Shown here: one piece after another, positions 18,558 to 28,150 of the stretch
How positions within the stretch are numbered: position 1 is the first letter of the stretch
Layout: each line of letters opens with the position of its first letter
DNA from: Candidatus Thorarchaeota archaeon
Lineage (GTDB): Archaea > Asgardarchaeota > Thorarchaeia > Thorarchaeales > Thorarchaeaceae
Direction: 5' to 3'
Assembly: GCA_019057475.1 (NCBI GenBank)
Contig: DXJO01000026.1
Location: 1 to 58,194, forward strand
DNA: 58,194 nt
Made by a program: the position numbers and the translations under genes
Notes under the pieces: generated by a model
Told to the model about the DNA's origin: nothing
What the model saw: the letters and a program-made list of their open reading frames with translations, nothing else
Databases searched by the model: none

Positions 18558-18929
18558 ATGGCGCGTCTTGGTAAGATACAGCCTGAGCTGATGAAGAACG
18601 TTCGTTCCAAACAAGCAACAGTAAGGTACCCCTTCGTCAAAGCGGGGATCAATGTTCCCGAAGGTTTGAGAGCCCGCTGGGATTACAAAATGCCTGAGCG
18701 CTGTACTGGCTGTAAGATTTGCGAACGCGTCTGCCCTGCTGAAGCCATTGAGATGATCAAGTGCCGACCTGAGGATTTCCAGACCAAGACAGGCTTTCGA
18801 CCTATCTGTCATCTTGACAGATGCGTGATTTGCGGACAGTGTGTGGAGTCTTGCCCCAGAGGAGTACTAACTCTTACGGATTCCTTCGAGATGGCTTTTC
18901 TCAGCCGAGATGACATGATTGTCTATTGA
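18558..18929 (+). CDS. NuoI/EchF-like 2x[4Fe-4S] subunit
   Basis: ATVRYPF, CTGCKICERVCP, CVICGQCVESCP. Start trimmed to ATG 18558. Confidence 0.9.
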   Translation: MARLGKIQPELMKNVRSKQATVRYPFVKAGINVPEGLRARWDYKMPERCTGCKICERVCPAEAIEMIKCRPEDFQTKTGFRPICHLDRCVICGQCVESCPRGVLTLTDSFEMAFLSRDDMIVY

Positions 18930-19128
18930 ACCAGCGAGAAGCCAGACAATCCAACGTGTCCTGACATTTTCCCGCTTCTGAATTTGCATTCGCGAAGGAT
19001 TGATTAGAAACATTCCCTATTCTCGGCAGTTGTGTGGTGAGTTGGTTCTGCCTGTTTCACTGCATCTAGTTCACAATATGGTGGAAATGGCGCCGGTATT
19101 CCTGTTTCTCGCTCTAGACATTGCGTAA

Positions 19129-19692
19129 CTATTGACCTGCTAATGCCGCTTCCCCAGCCTTCAAGCCGAGCTCCAACGCCTTCAGGTTTGATTCCTTGAA
19201 TCTTGGCCAGCGCTCCTCAATCCTCTGCACAAGGCCCTCGTTCGTTACAATCTTCGTTATTGCACAGAGAACTCCCAACATGACGACGTTTGTTGCCTGC
19301 TTACTGCCAACTTCCTGTTCAGCGATGCGAGTTGCAGGAATCTTGTATACCTTGACTCCGTTAGGAAGGTCACCCTCAATCTCTACAAGGTCTTCGTCTA
19401 TGATGAGGACACCGTTTTCTTTCAGCCCTTTGATATACGCGAGATACGCCGCCCTGCTCAACGCAATGAAGACGTCAGGTTCCATTACCTTCGGATAGTC
19501 AATCTCAACGTCCCCTACTACTATCTCGCTCTTACTGGCTCCACCTCGTGCTTCAGGACCGTAGCTTTGAGTTTGTACCACGAACTTCTTCTCTATCAGT
19601 GATAGCGTTTCTCCTAGGACAACTGCCATGGTGACAACTCCTTGGCCACCAAAACCGCCGATTCGGATTTCGTACCTTGACACGAGGTTCAC
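19129..19692 (-). CDS. korC: 2-oxoacid:ferredoxin oxidoreductase gamma subunit
   Basis: GGFGGQG, QSYGPEARGGAS, NVVMLG. Confidence 0.9.
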   Translation of the reverse strand: MNLVSRYEIRIGGFGGQGVVTMAVVLGETLSLIEKKFVVQTQSYGPEARGGASKSEIVVGDVEIDYPKVMEPDVFIALSRAAYLAYIKGLKENGVLIIDEDLVEIEGDLPNGVKVYKIPATRIAEQEVGSKQATNVVMLGVLCAITKIVTNEGLVQRIEERWPRFKESNLKALELGLKAGEAALAGQ

Positions 19693-20531
19693 TTCCGTAG
19701 CTTCTCTTGCATCTGCTTCAGCACAGCAGTATACTCATCTTTCTCTATATTCACGAACTCGCCACAGACGATTCTTCTATCGTAGTCAAACTCAGCCTCA
19801 TGTGGCGGTAGACCGTTCTGAATCTCGGCGACCTTCAGGAAATGCCTGTGCATGTCGAGTCCGTCGCCGAGACGATTCATTCTGCCAAACGCTGTGGGAC
19901 AGGCACCAACTACTTCGATGAACGAGAGGCCCTTTTTCGCGATGCCCTTCTCAATTGATGCCGTAGCACGACGTGCCTGAGTTGCAGTCCATCGTGCAAC
20001 GAATGTCGCTCCCGAAGACGCTGCAAGCTGTACTAGATTGAATGGATATTCCGGGTTACCAATGGGCCGCGGGCTAGTCTGGGAGAAGCGCCCGTGTTCT
20101 GTAGTAGGACCGAATTGACCCCCTGTCATTCCATAGATGTTGTTATTGATGCACACAATGGTCAAGTCGATATTTCTACGACACGCGTGAATCAAATGAT
20201 TACCGCCAATAGCAGCGATATCGCCATCGCCGCTCACTACTATGACTTCCAACTCAGGATTGGCAACCTTTACACCTTCTGCGAATGCAACAGCTCTTCC
20301 ATGAGTGGTATGGATTGTACCTGTCTTGAAGTACCCTGAAGTTCGCCCGGTACAACCGATGCCTGATACAATGACCACCTTCGAGAAGTCCAATCCCAAG
20401 TTATCGATCGCCCGTGCGATCATCTGTGTGACTATTCCAATAGAACATCCCGGGCAATAGATAGCTGGCATTCTATCCTCACGGATGTACTTGAGCATTG
20501 GGTGCTTCAGTATGGGTGGTGTTGTCGTCAT
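19689..20531 (-). CDS. korB: 2-oxoacid:ferredoxin oxidoreductase beta subunit (TPP-binding)
   Basis: YCPGC, SGIGC, HTTHGRA, GDGD..AIGGNH, NN.IYGMTGGQ. Confidence 0.93.
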   Translation of the reverse strand: MTTTPPILKHPMLKYIREDRMPAIYCPGCSIGIVTQMIARAIDNLGLDFSKVVIVSGIGCTGRTSGYFKTGTIHTTHGRAVAFAEGVKVANPELEVIVVSGDGDIAAIGGNHLIHACRRNIDLTIVCINNNIYGMTGGQFGPTTEHGRFSQTSPRPIGNPEYPFNLVQLAASSGATFVARWTATQARRATASIEKGIAKKGLSFIEVVGACPTAFGRMNRLGDGLDMHRHFLKVAEIQNGLPPHEAEFDYDRRIVCGEFVNIEKDEYTAVLKQMQEKLRK

Positions 20532-21664
20532 AGTGAGTCAATCTCCCTGATTTTATCAAGTATCTCATGGGGTAGTTGTGGCATGCCCGCAGGCTTAGCC
20601 ATCAGATGAATCGGTGTAGGCGCTGCTGCAGCCTTCACCATGTAGTATACCTGGCCAAAGTTCTGCTCTGCAACAATGATGTGCTTGACCTCTGAGGCAA
20701 GGTCTGCAAGAGCATCTTCTGGGAACGGCCAGACAGTCTTGAGTCTGAGCATGCCCGCCTTTATGCCTGCCTCTCTGGCTTCCTTGATTGCTTTTCTGGC
20801 ACTCCTTGATGGCGTGCCATATGCAACGACAGCAATTTCGGCGTCGTCAAGCATGAATCTCTCTAAATCGATTATCTTGTCAGCATTGTGGAGAATTTTG
20901 TTGTTCAGCCGTGCGACCAACTCGAGCTGCACATCCTCCTTGTCCGTAGGATAGCCACGATAATCGTGGGTCAGACCTGTCGCATAGAACTGATACTTTG
21001 AGCCTAACAGTGCCATGGGTGGAATCAGGTCGTCATCTGGTTTGAATGGCAGGAAATCTGCTGGGTCGCCAGTAGCCAGTTTCCTGTACTCGATCTTCAG
21101 GTCTTTCTCATCGGGAATGACTAGCCGCTCTCTCATGTGGCCCACAGTTTCATCTGCAAGTACAAAGACGGGCACTCTGTACCTCTCGGAGAGGTTAAAT
21201 GCCTGCACGGTCTGGTCAAACATCTCCTGCACAGACGCTGGGGTTAGAGCAATAATCTGATAGTCACCGTGGCTTCCCCACTTGGCCTGCATGACGTCGC
21301 CCTGCTGACCACGAGTTGGCTGACCTGTACTCGGTCCGCCACGCATGATGTTGACAAGGACCAGCGGGGTCTCAGTCATCACTGCGAGTCCAATTGCCTC
21401 CAACATCAGACTGACACCAGGACCCGATGTAGCAGTCATGGATTTCACACCAGTCCAAGAGGCACCTATCACGCTCGTTATGGATGCAATCTCGTCCTCA
21501 TATTGAACGAAAGAACCTCCGACCTCCGGCATCCTGAGAGCCATCCATTCTGCAATCTCGGTTGCCGGCGTAATGGGGTAGCCTCCAAAGTACTTGCACC
21601 CTGCGCTAAGAGCTCCTTCTGCACTGGCAATGTCACCCATCGTGAACATGATACGCTCGGGCAT
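20528..21664 (-). CDS. korA: 2-oxoacid:ferredoxin oxidoreductase alpha subunit
   Basis: GYPITPATE, EDEIAS, TATSGPG, MRGGPSTGQPT. Confidence 0.93.
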   Translation of the reverse strand: MPERIMFTMGDIASAEGALSAGCKYFGGYPITPATEIAEWMALRMPEVGGSFVQYEDEIASITSVIGASWTGVKSMTATSGPGVSLMLEAIGLAVMTETPLVLVNIMRGGPSTGQPTRGQQGDVMQAKWGSHGDYQIIALTPASVQEMFDQTVQAFNLSERYRVPVFVLADETVGHMRERLVIPDEKDLKIEYRKLATGDPADFLPFKPDDDLIPPMALLGSKYQFYATGLTHDYRGYPTDKEDVQLELVARLNNKILHNADKIIDLERFMLDDAEIAVVAYGTPSRSARKAIKEAREAGIKAGMLRLKTVWPFPEDALADLASEVKHIIVAEQNFGQVYYMVKAAAAPTPIHLMAKPAGMPQLPHEILDKIREIDSL

Positions 21665-22018
21665 CTATTTGGTCGCCTCCTTTTTCTTGGCAGCTTCTTG
21701 GTCAAACTCGGGAATCACTGTACCCTCCTCAATGGACCCGGCATCGTACGCCTTCTTTGCCTCACCTCTATCGGCAAGGAAGATGGCCAGGTCAGGACAG
21801 ATAAGTTCACAGAACTCACAGTTGACGCACGCGTCAATGTCGCACGCGGTCACAGGATAGTACCCCTTCCTATTGTAGGTGTCAGTGTAGCACAGTACGT
21901 TCTTCGGGCAGAACTCAACACAAAGCCCACATTGCTTGCACTGCTCTTGGAGGATTACTAGAACCTTGTCTCTGGTTTGTGGAGGTTTCGGCATTATTGG
22001 CTTGCGAACTGCTGACAT
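21665..22018 (-). CDS. korD: 2-oxoacid:ferredoxin oxidoreductase delta (ferredoxin) subunit
   Basis: CKQCGLCVEFCP and CVNCEFCELICPDLAI. Start uncertain (22018 or 22033). Confidence 0.85.
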   Translation of the reverse strand: MSAVRKPIMPKPPQTRDKVLVILQEQCKQCGLCVEFCPKNVLCYTDTYNRKGYYPVTACDIDACVNCEFCELICPDLAIFLADRGEAKKAYDAGSIEEGTVIPEFDQEAAKKKEATK

Positions 22019-22272
22019 CGTTGTATTCTCCATGTTGTCCAGTGACATGCTCGTAAATCCTGCAAGCGGGTTGTGGGTTGACCAAGACATGTCCGAGTCA
22101 AGCTAAGGCTATCGCGTAACCTTGGCCTATTTTAGCCTTGCCTTGTCGGACTAAATCTCCGAACACCTTCTTGCAGCATCTAGGCCCATCCTTCCATGCT
22201 TCTCGTAGTGATGCGAGCAGATTTTAAGAGCCTACATGCTCCAATAATTATTCGCGATTGGAGCTATAGATC

Positions 22273-22731
22273 TTGCCTGATGATGATCTATCAGAAGAGG
22301 AGTTGGCCAAGGCAGTCAAAGGCAAGACTTTGCAGGTATATTGGTACATGCTAAGGCATCCAACGCCGATGACAGCCAGAGAGATTCAGAGGGGGACTCA
22401 GTTATCCAGCCCGTCTCTTTCAATGCATCATCTTGAGCGATTGAAAAACTTGGGACTCATCGAGAAGAACGTACATGGTGAGTATTCGCTTATTCGAGAC
22501 GTTCGCGTCGGAGTGCTCAGATACTACATTGGCAAGGGCCGGCTCATGGTTCCCAGATTCCTGTTCTACGCGACTTTCTACACATCGGTGACTGCAGCGC
22601 TACTCACACTGCTATGGTGGTTCATCGATTGGTACTCCTCTGTACTAATCATCCTCCTTGTTTCAGTGTGCGCAATGCTCTGGATTGAGGCGATTAGAAC
22701 GTGGAGAGAGCAGCCTTTCGAGGAGGAGTGA
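22273..22731 (+). CDS. Membrane-tethered winged-helix (ArsR-like) transcription factor
   Basis: KGKTLQVYWY...REIQRGTQLSSPSL..HHLERL..LGLIEK, then two TM helices. Confidence 0.75.
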   Translation: MPDDDLSEEELAKAVKGKTLQVYWYMLRHPTPMTAREIQRGTQLSSPSLSMHHLERLKNLGLIEKNVHGEYSLIRDVRVGVLRYYIGKGRLMVPRFLFYATFYTSVTAALLTLLWWFIDWYSSVLIILLVSVCAMLWIEAIRTWREQPFEEE

Positions 22732-23690
22732 TGGATTCCATGACTGGAACTGATTGGTTTGGGGACATTGGGCACAGGCAATCCATAACAGGACTCACAC
22801 TCAGAAGACTACACGTACTCCTGCTCCTACTGATGCTAGCCAGTTCCTTTGCGCTGTCTGCTGTTTCAATGATGGAAATCCATGACAGTCAATACGCAGT
22901 GACTCATACAACAAACACCAGAGCAGAAGAACCCCCTGCACTGAGTCTTACCTACTACACTCACTGGGATTCAACTAAGATCGATGTGAATGCTGGGGAT
23001 CAACTCGAAGGTGACCACATAATCCTGAATGCCACGTGGAGCCTAGGCACCGAAATCAATCGAACAAGGATTGAGGTGAATGCCACAGCAATTCCAACTG
23101 TGATCTCCAGCGAGCAATATGGTAACACTGTCGAGATTGATACACGGGCACTTAACAGCAATTTCACATGTGTGATTAACTCAACGATTTGGTTTCATAA
23201 TGGCACTACTCTGACTGAGCTGGTCCCAAACGTGTTTCTGGGTAATTTCTTTGTGCCAGTGGTCGAAGTAGTTTCACCGAACGGGTACGAAGTATGGACC
23301 GGCGCCAATAATATCACGTGGAATGCTTGGGACCTCAATGAGGATGAAGAACTGACCTTCGAGGTACTGGTTTCCTCAGACTCTGGTGTGACCTTTCAGC
23401 TTCTGTTTGCTGGCATGACCGAAACTCGGTTCTTATGGGACTGCAGTACATTCCTAAATCTTAGCACCTACGTAGTGGAAGTCCGTGTTAGTGACGGCAT
23501 CTTCTCTTCGTATGATGTTTCTGATGCACCCTTTAGAGCAGGAGAGATTGGACAACCCGATACAACGATAACAACCTCAACAACTGTGGAAGAGATTGAC
23601 GCCCGAGTAATCATGTTTCTGACAGTACTCATTATATCAAGTGGTTTCATCGCGTTTGTTGTGTACTATGCTTCCAAAAGATGGGTATGA
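22731..23690 (+). CDS. Extracellular beta-rich protein with N-terminal signal/anchor and C-terminal TM helix
   Basis: VVSPNG.EVW...NITW motif, many N-x-S/T sequons, Thr-rich linker and TM. ATG overlaps the upstream stop (TGATG). Confidence 0.65.
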   Translation: MDSMTGTDWFGDIGHRQSITGLTLRRLHVLLLLLMLASSFALSAVSMMEIHDSQYAVTHTTNTRAEEPPALSLTYYTHWDSTKIDVNAGDQLEGDHIILNATWSLGTEINRTRIEVNATAIPTVISSEQYGNTVEIDTRALNSNFTCVINSTIWFHNGTTLTELVPNVFLGNFFVPVVEVVSPNGYEVWTGANNITWNAWDLNEDEELTFEVLVSSDSGVTFQLLFAGMTETRFLWDCSTFLNLSTYVVEVRVSDGIFSSYDVSDAPFRAGEIGQPDTTITTSTTVEEIDARVIMFLTVLIISSGFIAFVVYYASKRWV

Positions 23691-23718
23691 ATGAGTTCCC
23701 TTGCTATCAGATTCCGTT

Positions 23719-24615
23719 CTACTCTGGAATTTTGTCGAGCATAGGCTGGGTCTTGATCATATGCTGATGGAAGCCCAACTCTTCGGGCTCAAGTCCCATG
23801 GCCAGTCCTAGTAGTTGTGTGTAGTAAATCACGGGCATTTGGTATTTCTTCTCGGCAAGCTCCTTATTGACCTGAGCTTGAGCGACTTCGAACTGCAGAT
23901 GGCAGAACGAACAGACGTTCAAAACACAGTCCACACCAACATCCATCATATTATCCAGTTTCTCTGTGGCGATATCATTGGAAACTGGCGCGTTGCTTCC
24001 GCGTACACCTCCGCCAGCCCCACAACACATGAACTTGTCCGTGTATGATACACTCTCAGCCCCGGTGAGTTCCACAAGTTCGTCGAGGAATGTGTGCCTC
24101 TCAGTCTGTTTCCATGGGCGATTCTTGCTAGGCTTTAGGAGATGACACCCATAGTGCACTCCAACCTTTAGGCCGGTGAGTGGACGAGTAACCTTCTTCG
24201 TCAGTTCCTCAATCCCGATATCGTATATGACTTCTATTAGATGCTTGGCTTCTGCCTTTGCTTTATACTTCAGACCGAGACCCTTGAAGACCTTCTGCAC
24301 CTCTTTGAGCCTATCAGGATGCTCACGGACTTCGAGTAGAGCCTCCTTGAATGTTCCATAACATCCATTGCATCCAGTGATGATGTCATGTCCAGCCTTC
24401 TCAGCAAGTGCCAGATTCCTTGATGCTATAGCAAGCCACGTGGGCTCGCTGAACGAGCGAATGACACCCGGCGCAGGGCAGCAGCTTGCGCCCTCTAGTT
24501 CTTCCAACTCTATTCCAATCTTCGGGAGTACAACCCTGATTGACTTCTCAATGTTAGGGAACCTGTTGGGCATGACACACCCAAGGAAGAACGAGTACGT
24601 CTGAGTTTCAGTCAT
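23719..24615 (-). CDS. hdrB: Heterodisulfide reductase subunit B (copy 1)
   Basis: FLGC, SCCPAPG, CNGC, HYGCH, CCGAGGGVR, CSFCHLQ. Confidence 0.93.
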   Translation of the reverse strand: MTETQTYSFFLGCVMPNRFPNIEKSIRVVLPKIGIELEELEGASCCPAPGVIRSFSEPTWLAIASRNLALAEKAGHDIITGCNGCYGTFKEALLEVREHPDRLKEVQKVFKGLGLKYKAKAEAKHLIEVIYDIGIEELTKKVTRPLTGLKVGVHYGCHLLKPSKNRPWKQTERHTFLDELVELTGAESVSYTDKFMCCGAGGGVRGSNAPVSNDIATEKLDNMMDVGVDCVLNVCSFCHLQFEVAQAQVNKELAEKKYQMPVIYYTQLLGLAMGLEPEELGFHQHMIKTQPMLDKIPE

Positions 24616-25157
24616 TTTTCAACCTCTTGACTTTCTATGAGGTTCTTGAATCCAGTCCGCTTCATAATGGTCTTCAAGTTATCCAACGCATCCTTGTGCG
24701 AGTGTACTGTGGGTGGGACCTCATCCAGACCCAGACTCGCACGCTTCACCCGGTTTGCATCATTAATCGGAACCGCGTGACCGGTTTCTAGAAGCTTCAT
24801 TGATGCACTCCGGTGTTCTGGGAGCATGAATCCAGCTTCCACTGCCATGTTTCTCATTATGATTATCGCATCAGTGACCTTAATCTGGCGTGGACAGCGC
24901 TCCAGACAGGTATGGCAGGTCGCACAGAGCCACAAGTCGGGAGAGCTCAGTACTTCATCCTTGAGTCCAAGTAGCGCCTTTCTAATGAGCTCACGGGTTC
25001 GGAAGGCAGTTCGGCGTCCACTAGGGCATACACTTGAGCAGGTCCCGCACTGAATGCATGTCCTTATCCTATCAGCTCCTGCTTTCACAATCTCATCGAC
25101 AAAAGTGCGGTCGGTCTTCTCTAAGTCTATGGTATCTCGAGAGATGGAATCTGGTAT
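24612..25157 (-). CDS. hdrC: Heterodisulfide reductase subunit C (copy 1); probable ATA start
   Basis: CIQCGTCSSVCP and LWLCATCHTCLERCP. The frame stays open upstream of GTG 25088 to ATA 25157, 6 nt after GGAGGT. Confidence 0.88.
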   Translation of the reverse strand: MPDSISRDTIDLEKTDRTFVDEIVKAGADRIRTCIQCGTCSSVCPSGRRTAFRTRELIRKALLGLKDEVLSSPDLWLCATCHTCLERCPRQIKVTDAIIIMRNMAVEAGFMLPEHRSASMKLLETGHAVPINDANRVKRASLGLDEVPPTVHSHKDALDNLKTIMKRTGFKNLIESQEVEK

Positions 25158-25231
25158 TCGAAGACCTCCAGTCGGAACTGTGCTACTCGCACACCGAACA
25201 GGTCGTTATAAGCATTAAGAATGAACGGTTG

Positions 25232-26305
25232 TCAGTTGAAGGAGTACTTCGCATCGGAGAGAAGAGCAACATTGCCCACCCTCACATTGGAAAGACCGGC
25301 ATCCTTTGCTGTCTGAAGAGCAGCCTTGGCGTGCTCCTTGCTGGTGCAAGGCAGGTTTCGCATGACGTGGTGGGGGTGGAAGCCGAGAAGGGCAGTGGGA
25401 ATCGTTGGGTCACTGTCCACTATGAATCCGCACAACTTGTGCACTTCAGAAACCCCGACATATCCCGGAATAAGTAGGATGCTTGCAACGAGGAACTCTC
25501 CTTCGCGTTCCTTCCCTTCAGCAGCCAATCTCTTGAAGTTCCTCAAGACAACCTTGTTCGAAACACCCGTAAGTGCAGTGTACAGCTCAGGTGTGACAGC
25601 CTTCAGGTCGAACTTGATTGTGCCTCCGCTCTCTCTAACAACTTCGGCTATTTGCCCCAGCCATTTGCTTGAGATGTTGCCATTTGTTTCATAGCACACC
25701 CGAATTTTTTTCTCTTCGTTGAGTATTCTTGAGGTCTCTATGGAGTGAGATGGATTACAGGCTGGGTCTCCTCCAAAATAACAAACACAGGCTGTTCTCT
25801 CATCAGCAGAAGATGCAAGTTCCTGAGGCGTCATCAACGGTCTGCCCTTAGCCATCATCTGTCGGAAGCTCGCGTTTTGGCAGAACAAGCAGTCAGAGTT
25901 GCAGGACCCGTAGAAGACCGCGAGGTTGTTGAGCCGTTTCGAATCCACAATCAATGAGCTCCGCGTCACTGGACAGACCCAGTCAGCAACACAGTTGGTG
26001 GGAAGTGGATCGAAATACCACGAAACAATGGCTTGTCCTGGGAACCGCTCCACAACTTCTCCATCCTCTACGCCACGGAGATGACAGAAACCCAGCTTGC
26101 CCTCTTCGATTCTGCAGTGGTTCCCACAATCAGGGCAGACGACTTCCCCTGTGGTAGGAATTGCATGGACTAGTTTGTCGATTCTCCTGTTTGCTTTGTG
26201 TGACTCCAGGGCTATTGTCATTAGTGAACTGTCAGTCTCTAAGCACTCAGCACAGTATCCAATTGAATGTGATACTGGTCTTGTATCGTGATTTGGACAG
26301 AACAT
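25232..26305 (-). CDS. Radical SAM protein, PFL-activase-like, with Cys-rich N-terminus
   Basis: CNSDCLFCQN, YFGGDP, ETNG, KFDLKA. Confidence 0.85.
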   Translation of the reverse strand: MFCPNHDTRPVSHSIGYCAECLETDSSLMTIALESHKANRRIDKLVHAIPTTGEVVCPDCGNHCRIEEGKLGFCHLRGVEDGEVVERFPGQAIVSWYFDPLPTNCVADWVCPVTRSSLIVDSKRLNNLAVFYGSCNSDCLFCQNASFRQMMAKGRPLMTPQELASSADERTACVCYFGGDPACNPSHSIETSRILNEEKKIRVCYETNGNISSKWLGQIAEVVRESGGTIKFDLKAVTPELYTALTGVSNKVVLRNFKRLAAEGKEREGEFLVASILLIPGYVGVSEVHKLCGFIVDSDPTIPTALLGFHPHHVMRNLPCTSKEHAKAALQTAKDAGLSNVRVGNVALLSDAKYSFN

Positions 26306-26417
26306 TATTGCCTAGTATGGAGATGACGCGAATGAGTCTTTGCCTTCATAGTCGCGCTCGTTTGACAATGGATTTAAGGCTGTGATTCAAGCCTCCGCGC
26401 GCAGTCGGTGCGTTACA

Positions 26418-27026
26418 GTGACCACAACTGAAGAGAAACCTGCAGTTGACGTTGATGATGATGTTGACCTCGAGTTCGTAGAGATGATCAAGAAGACTGG
26501 AGGTCCCAACATTCAGAACTGCTACCAATGTGGAACGTGCAGCGGTAGCTGCCCCGCAGGCGCCTTTACGAATTACCTAGTGAGAGGCATAATCAGAAAG
26601 GCGCTCTTAGGCCTGAAGGAGGAAGTCATCTCTTCACCGGACCTTTGGTTCTGCACTACCTGTTACGCCTGCACTGACAGGTGCCCTCAGGATGTTAAGC
26701 CGACTGATGTCATCAAGGCGATTCGTAATGTCGCCGTTGCAGAGGGATACATGTTGGGGCCGCACCAGAAGGTGGCAGCCAAAGTGGTCGAAGCAGCACA
26801 TGCTGTTCCCTTGGATAAGGAGTCCTGGCAGAATCTCAGGGTGAAAGTGGGTCTCGAACCAGTGCCGCCGAATGCCAGTGGTAATCCATGGGCTATCGAT
26901 GAGATAAGGAAGATTACAAAGAAGAGCGGTTTCGAGAAGTTGATTGGCTACGAGGAGTTCATGAAGGCTCAGAAGGAGAAGGCCAAGAAAAAGGCTGAAG
27001 AGAAGAAGTCCCAGAAAAAGGAGTGA
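26418..27026 (+). CDS. hdrC: Heterodisulfide reductase subunit C (copy 2)
   Basis: CYQCGTCSGSCP, LWFCTTCYACTDRCP; Lys/Glu-rich tail. Confidence 0.92.
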   Translation: MTTTEEKPAVDVDDDVDLEFVEMIKKTGGPNIQNCYQCGTCSGSCPAGAFTNYLVRGIIRKALLGLKEEVISSPDLWFCTTCYACTDRCPQDVKPTDVIKAIRNVAVAEGYMLGPHQKVAAKVVEAAHAVPLDKESWQNLRVKVGLEPVPPNASGNPWAIDEIRKITKKSGFEKLIGYEEFMKAQKEKAKKKAEEKKSQKKE

Positions 27027-27032
27027 TTCGGT

Positions 27033-27953
27033 TTGGCGAAGAAGCGACCTGCATTTTACCATTTCCTTGGCTGCGTCATACCCCATCGTTACCCAAGCGT
27101 TGAGAAGGCTACCAAACTAGTCTTCGAGGACCTTGGCATGGATCTTCTGGATATGGTGGGTGCAACTTGTTGCCCTGCACCTGGAGTCTTCGGTTCATTT
27201 GACAGAGTCACCTGGGCTAGTATTGCGGCACGAAACCTCACGATAGCCGAACAGGGTGGCTATCCAATTACTACTGGATGCAACGGCTGCTTCGCCAGTC
27301 TATGGGACTCAAACTACGAGCTGAAGCATGACGAAGAACTGAGAAAGGCAGTCAACGAGAACCTTGCTGAGATTGGACGGGAGTTCAAAGGTAGCATTGA
27401 GGTCACCCACTACGTTGATGCGCTATATAACACAGCAGGTCTTCCGAAGATTCGAAAACGTGTCACTCATCCGTTGAAGGGCGTGCGGATGGCATTGCAT
27501 CCGGGGTGTCACTGGATGAGACCAAAGCTCCTCAAGCAGAAGGACGAGTCTGAGAGGCCCCACATTTTTAGAGAGCTCTGTGAAGTATCAGGCGCTGAAT
27601 ACGTGCCTTACAAGGACGAACTAATCTGTTGTGGTGCTGGCGGGGCTGTTAGGACGGCTGATGTCAAAGTATCGCTGGAATTCACCAAGCAGAAGTTCGA
27701 TAGCCTCGCGGACGCAGGAGGGGCCGACATCATTGTGACGCCCTGTCCATTCTGTTTGCTGCAGCTGGATTTGGGACAAGTTGAGATCCAGAAATACTTC
27801 GGTGAAGAGTACGTTTTTGATGTGATGCATGTAACTGAATTGCTTGCTCTGGCATTTGGACATAGCCCCGAGGAGTTTGGACTAGGCACGCATTTACAGT
27901 ACATGCAGAGGAAAAGCCAGCCTAACTGGGAGCGGCTCGGGATCAAGGTTTAG
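27033..27953 (+). CDS. hdrB: Heterodisulfide reductase subunit B (copy 2)
   Basis: FLGC, TCCPAPGVFGS, CNGC, HPGCH, CCGAGG, CPFC.LQ. Confidence 0.93.
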   Translation: MAKKRPAFYHFLGCVIPHRYPSVEKATKLVFEDLGMDLLDMVGATCCPAPGVFGSFDRVTWASIAARNLTIAEQGGYPITTGCNGCFASLWDSNYELKHDEELRKAVNENLAEIGREFKGSIEVTHYVDALYNTAGLPKIRKRVTHPLKGVRMALHPGCHWMRPKLLKQKDESERPHIFRELCEVSGAEYVPYKDELICCGAGGAVRTADVKVSLEFTKQKFDSLADAGGADIIVTPCPFCLLQLDLGQVEIQKYFGEEYVFDVMHVTELLALAFGHSPEEFGLGTHLQYMQRKSQPNWERLGIKV

Positions 27954-27988
27954 AAATCATAAGAAGCCGGAGTAAAAGGCGGGTTCAA

Positions 27989-28150
27989 TCAAGCGCCATG
28001 CACTGAACGTGGTTTCTCCTGAACTGCCTGCATGAGAGCTTGAATATCCTTCTCAGTCAGCTCCAGACAGCCTGGCGCTTCCGCATACACCGGACAGCGT
28101 TCCCGGATCCTTGACAGATAGACTCGGGTGTACAGCCGGGTGGCTTTCAT
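27989..28150 (-). CDS. Putative 53-aa small protein (leaderless), below the ORF-track cutoff
   Basis: MKATRLYTRVYLSRIRERCPVYAEAPGCLELTEKDIQALMQAVQEKPRSVHGA*; TTAATA box at 28180-28175, i.e. -30 to -25 from the ATG. Confidence 0.5.
   Translation of the reverse strand: MKATRLYTRVYLSRIRERCPVYAEAPGCLELTEKDIQALMQAVQEKPRSVHGA

Noticed and set aside
14680-18929. NADH:quinone oxidoreductase (complex I) annotation
   Set aside because: The D subunit retains both Ni-binding CxxC motifs, and nuoEFG and nuoJ-N are absent.
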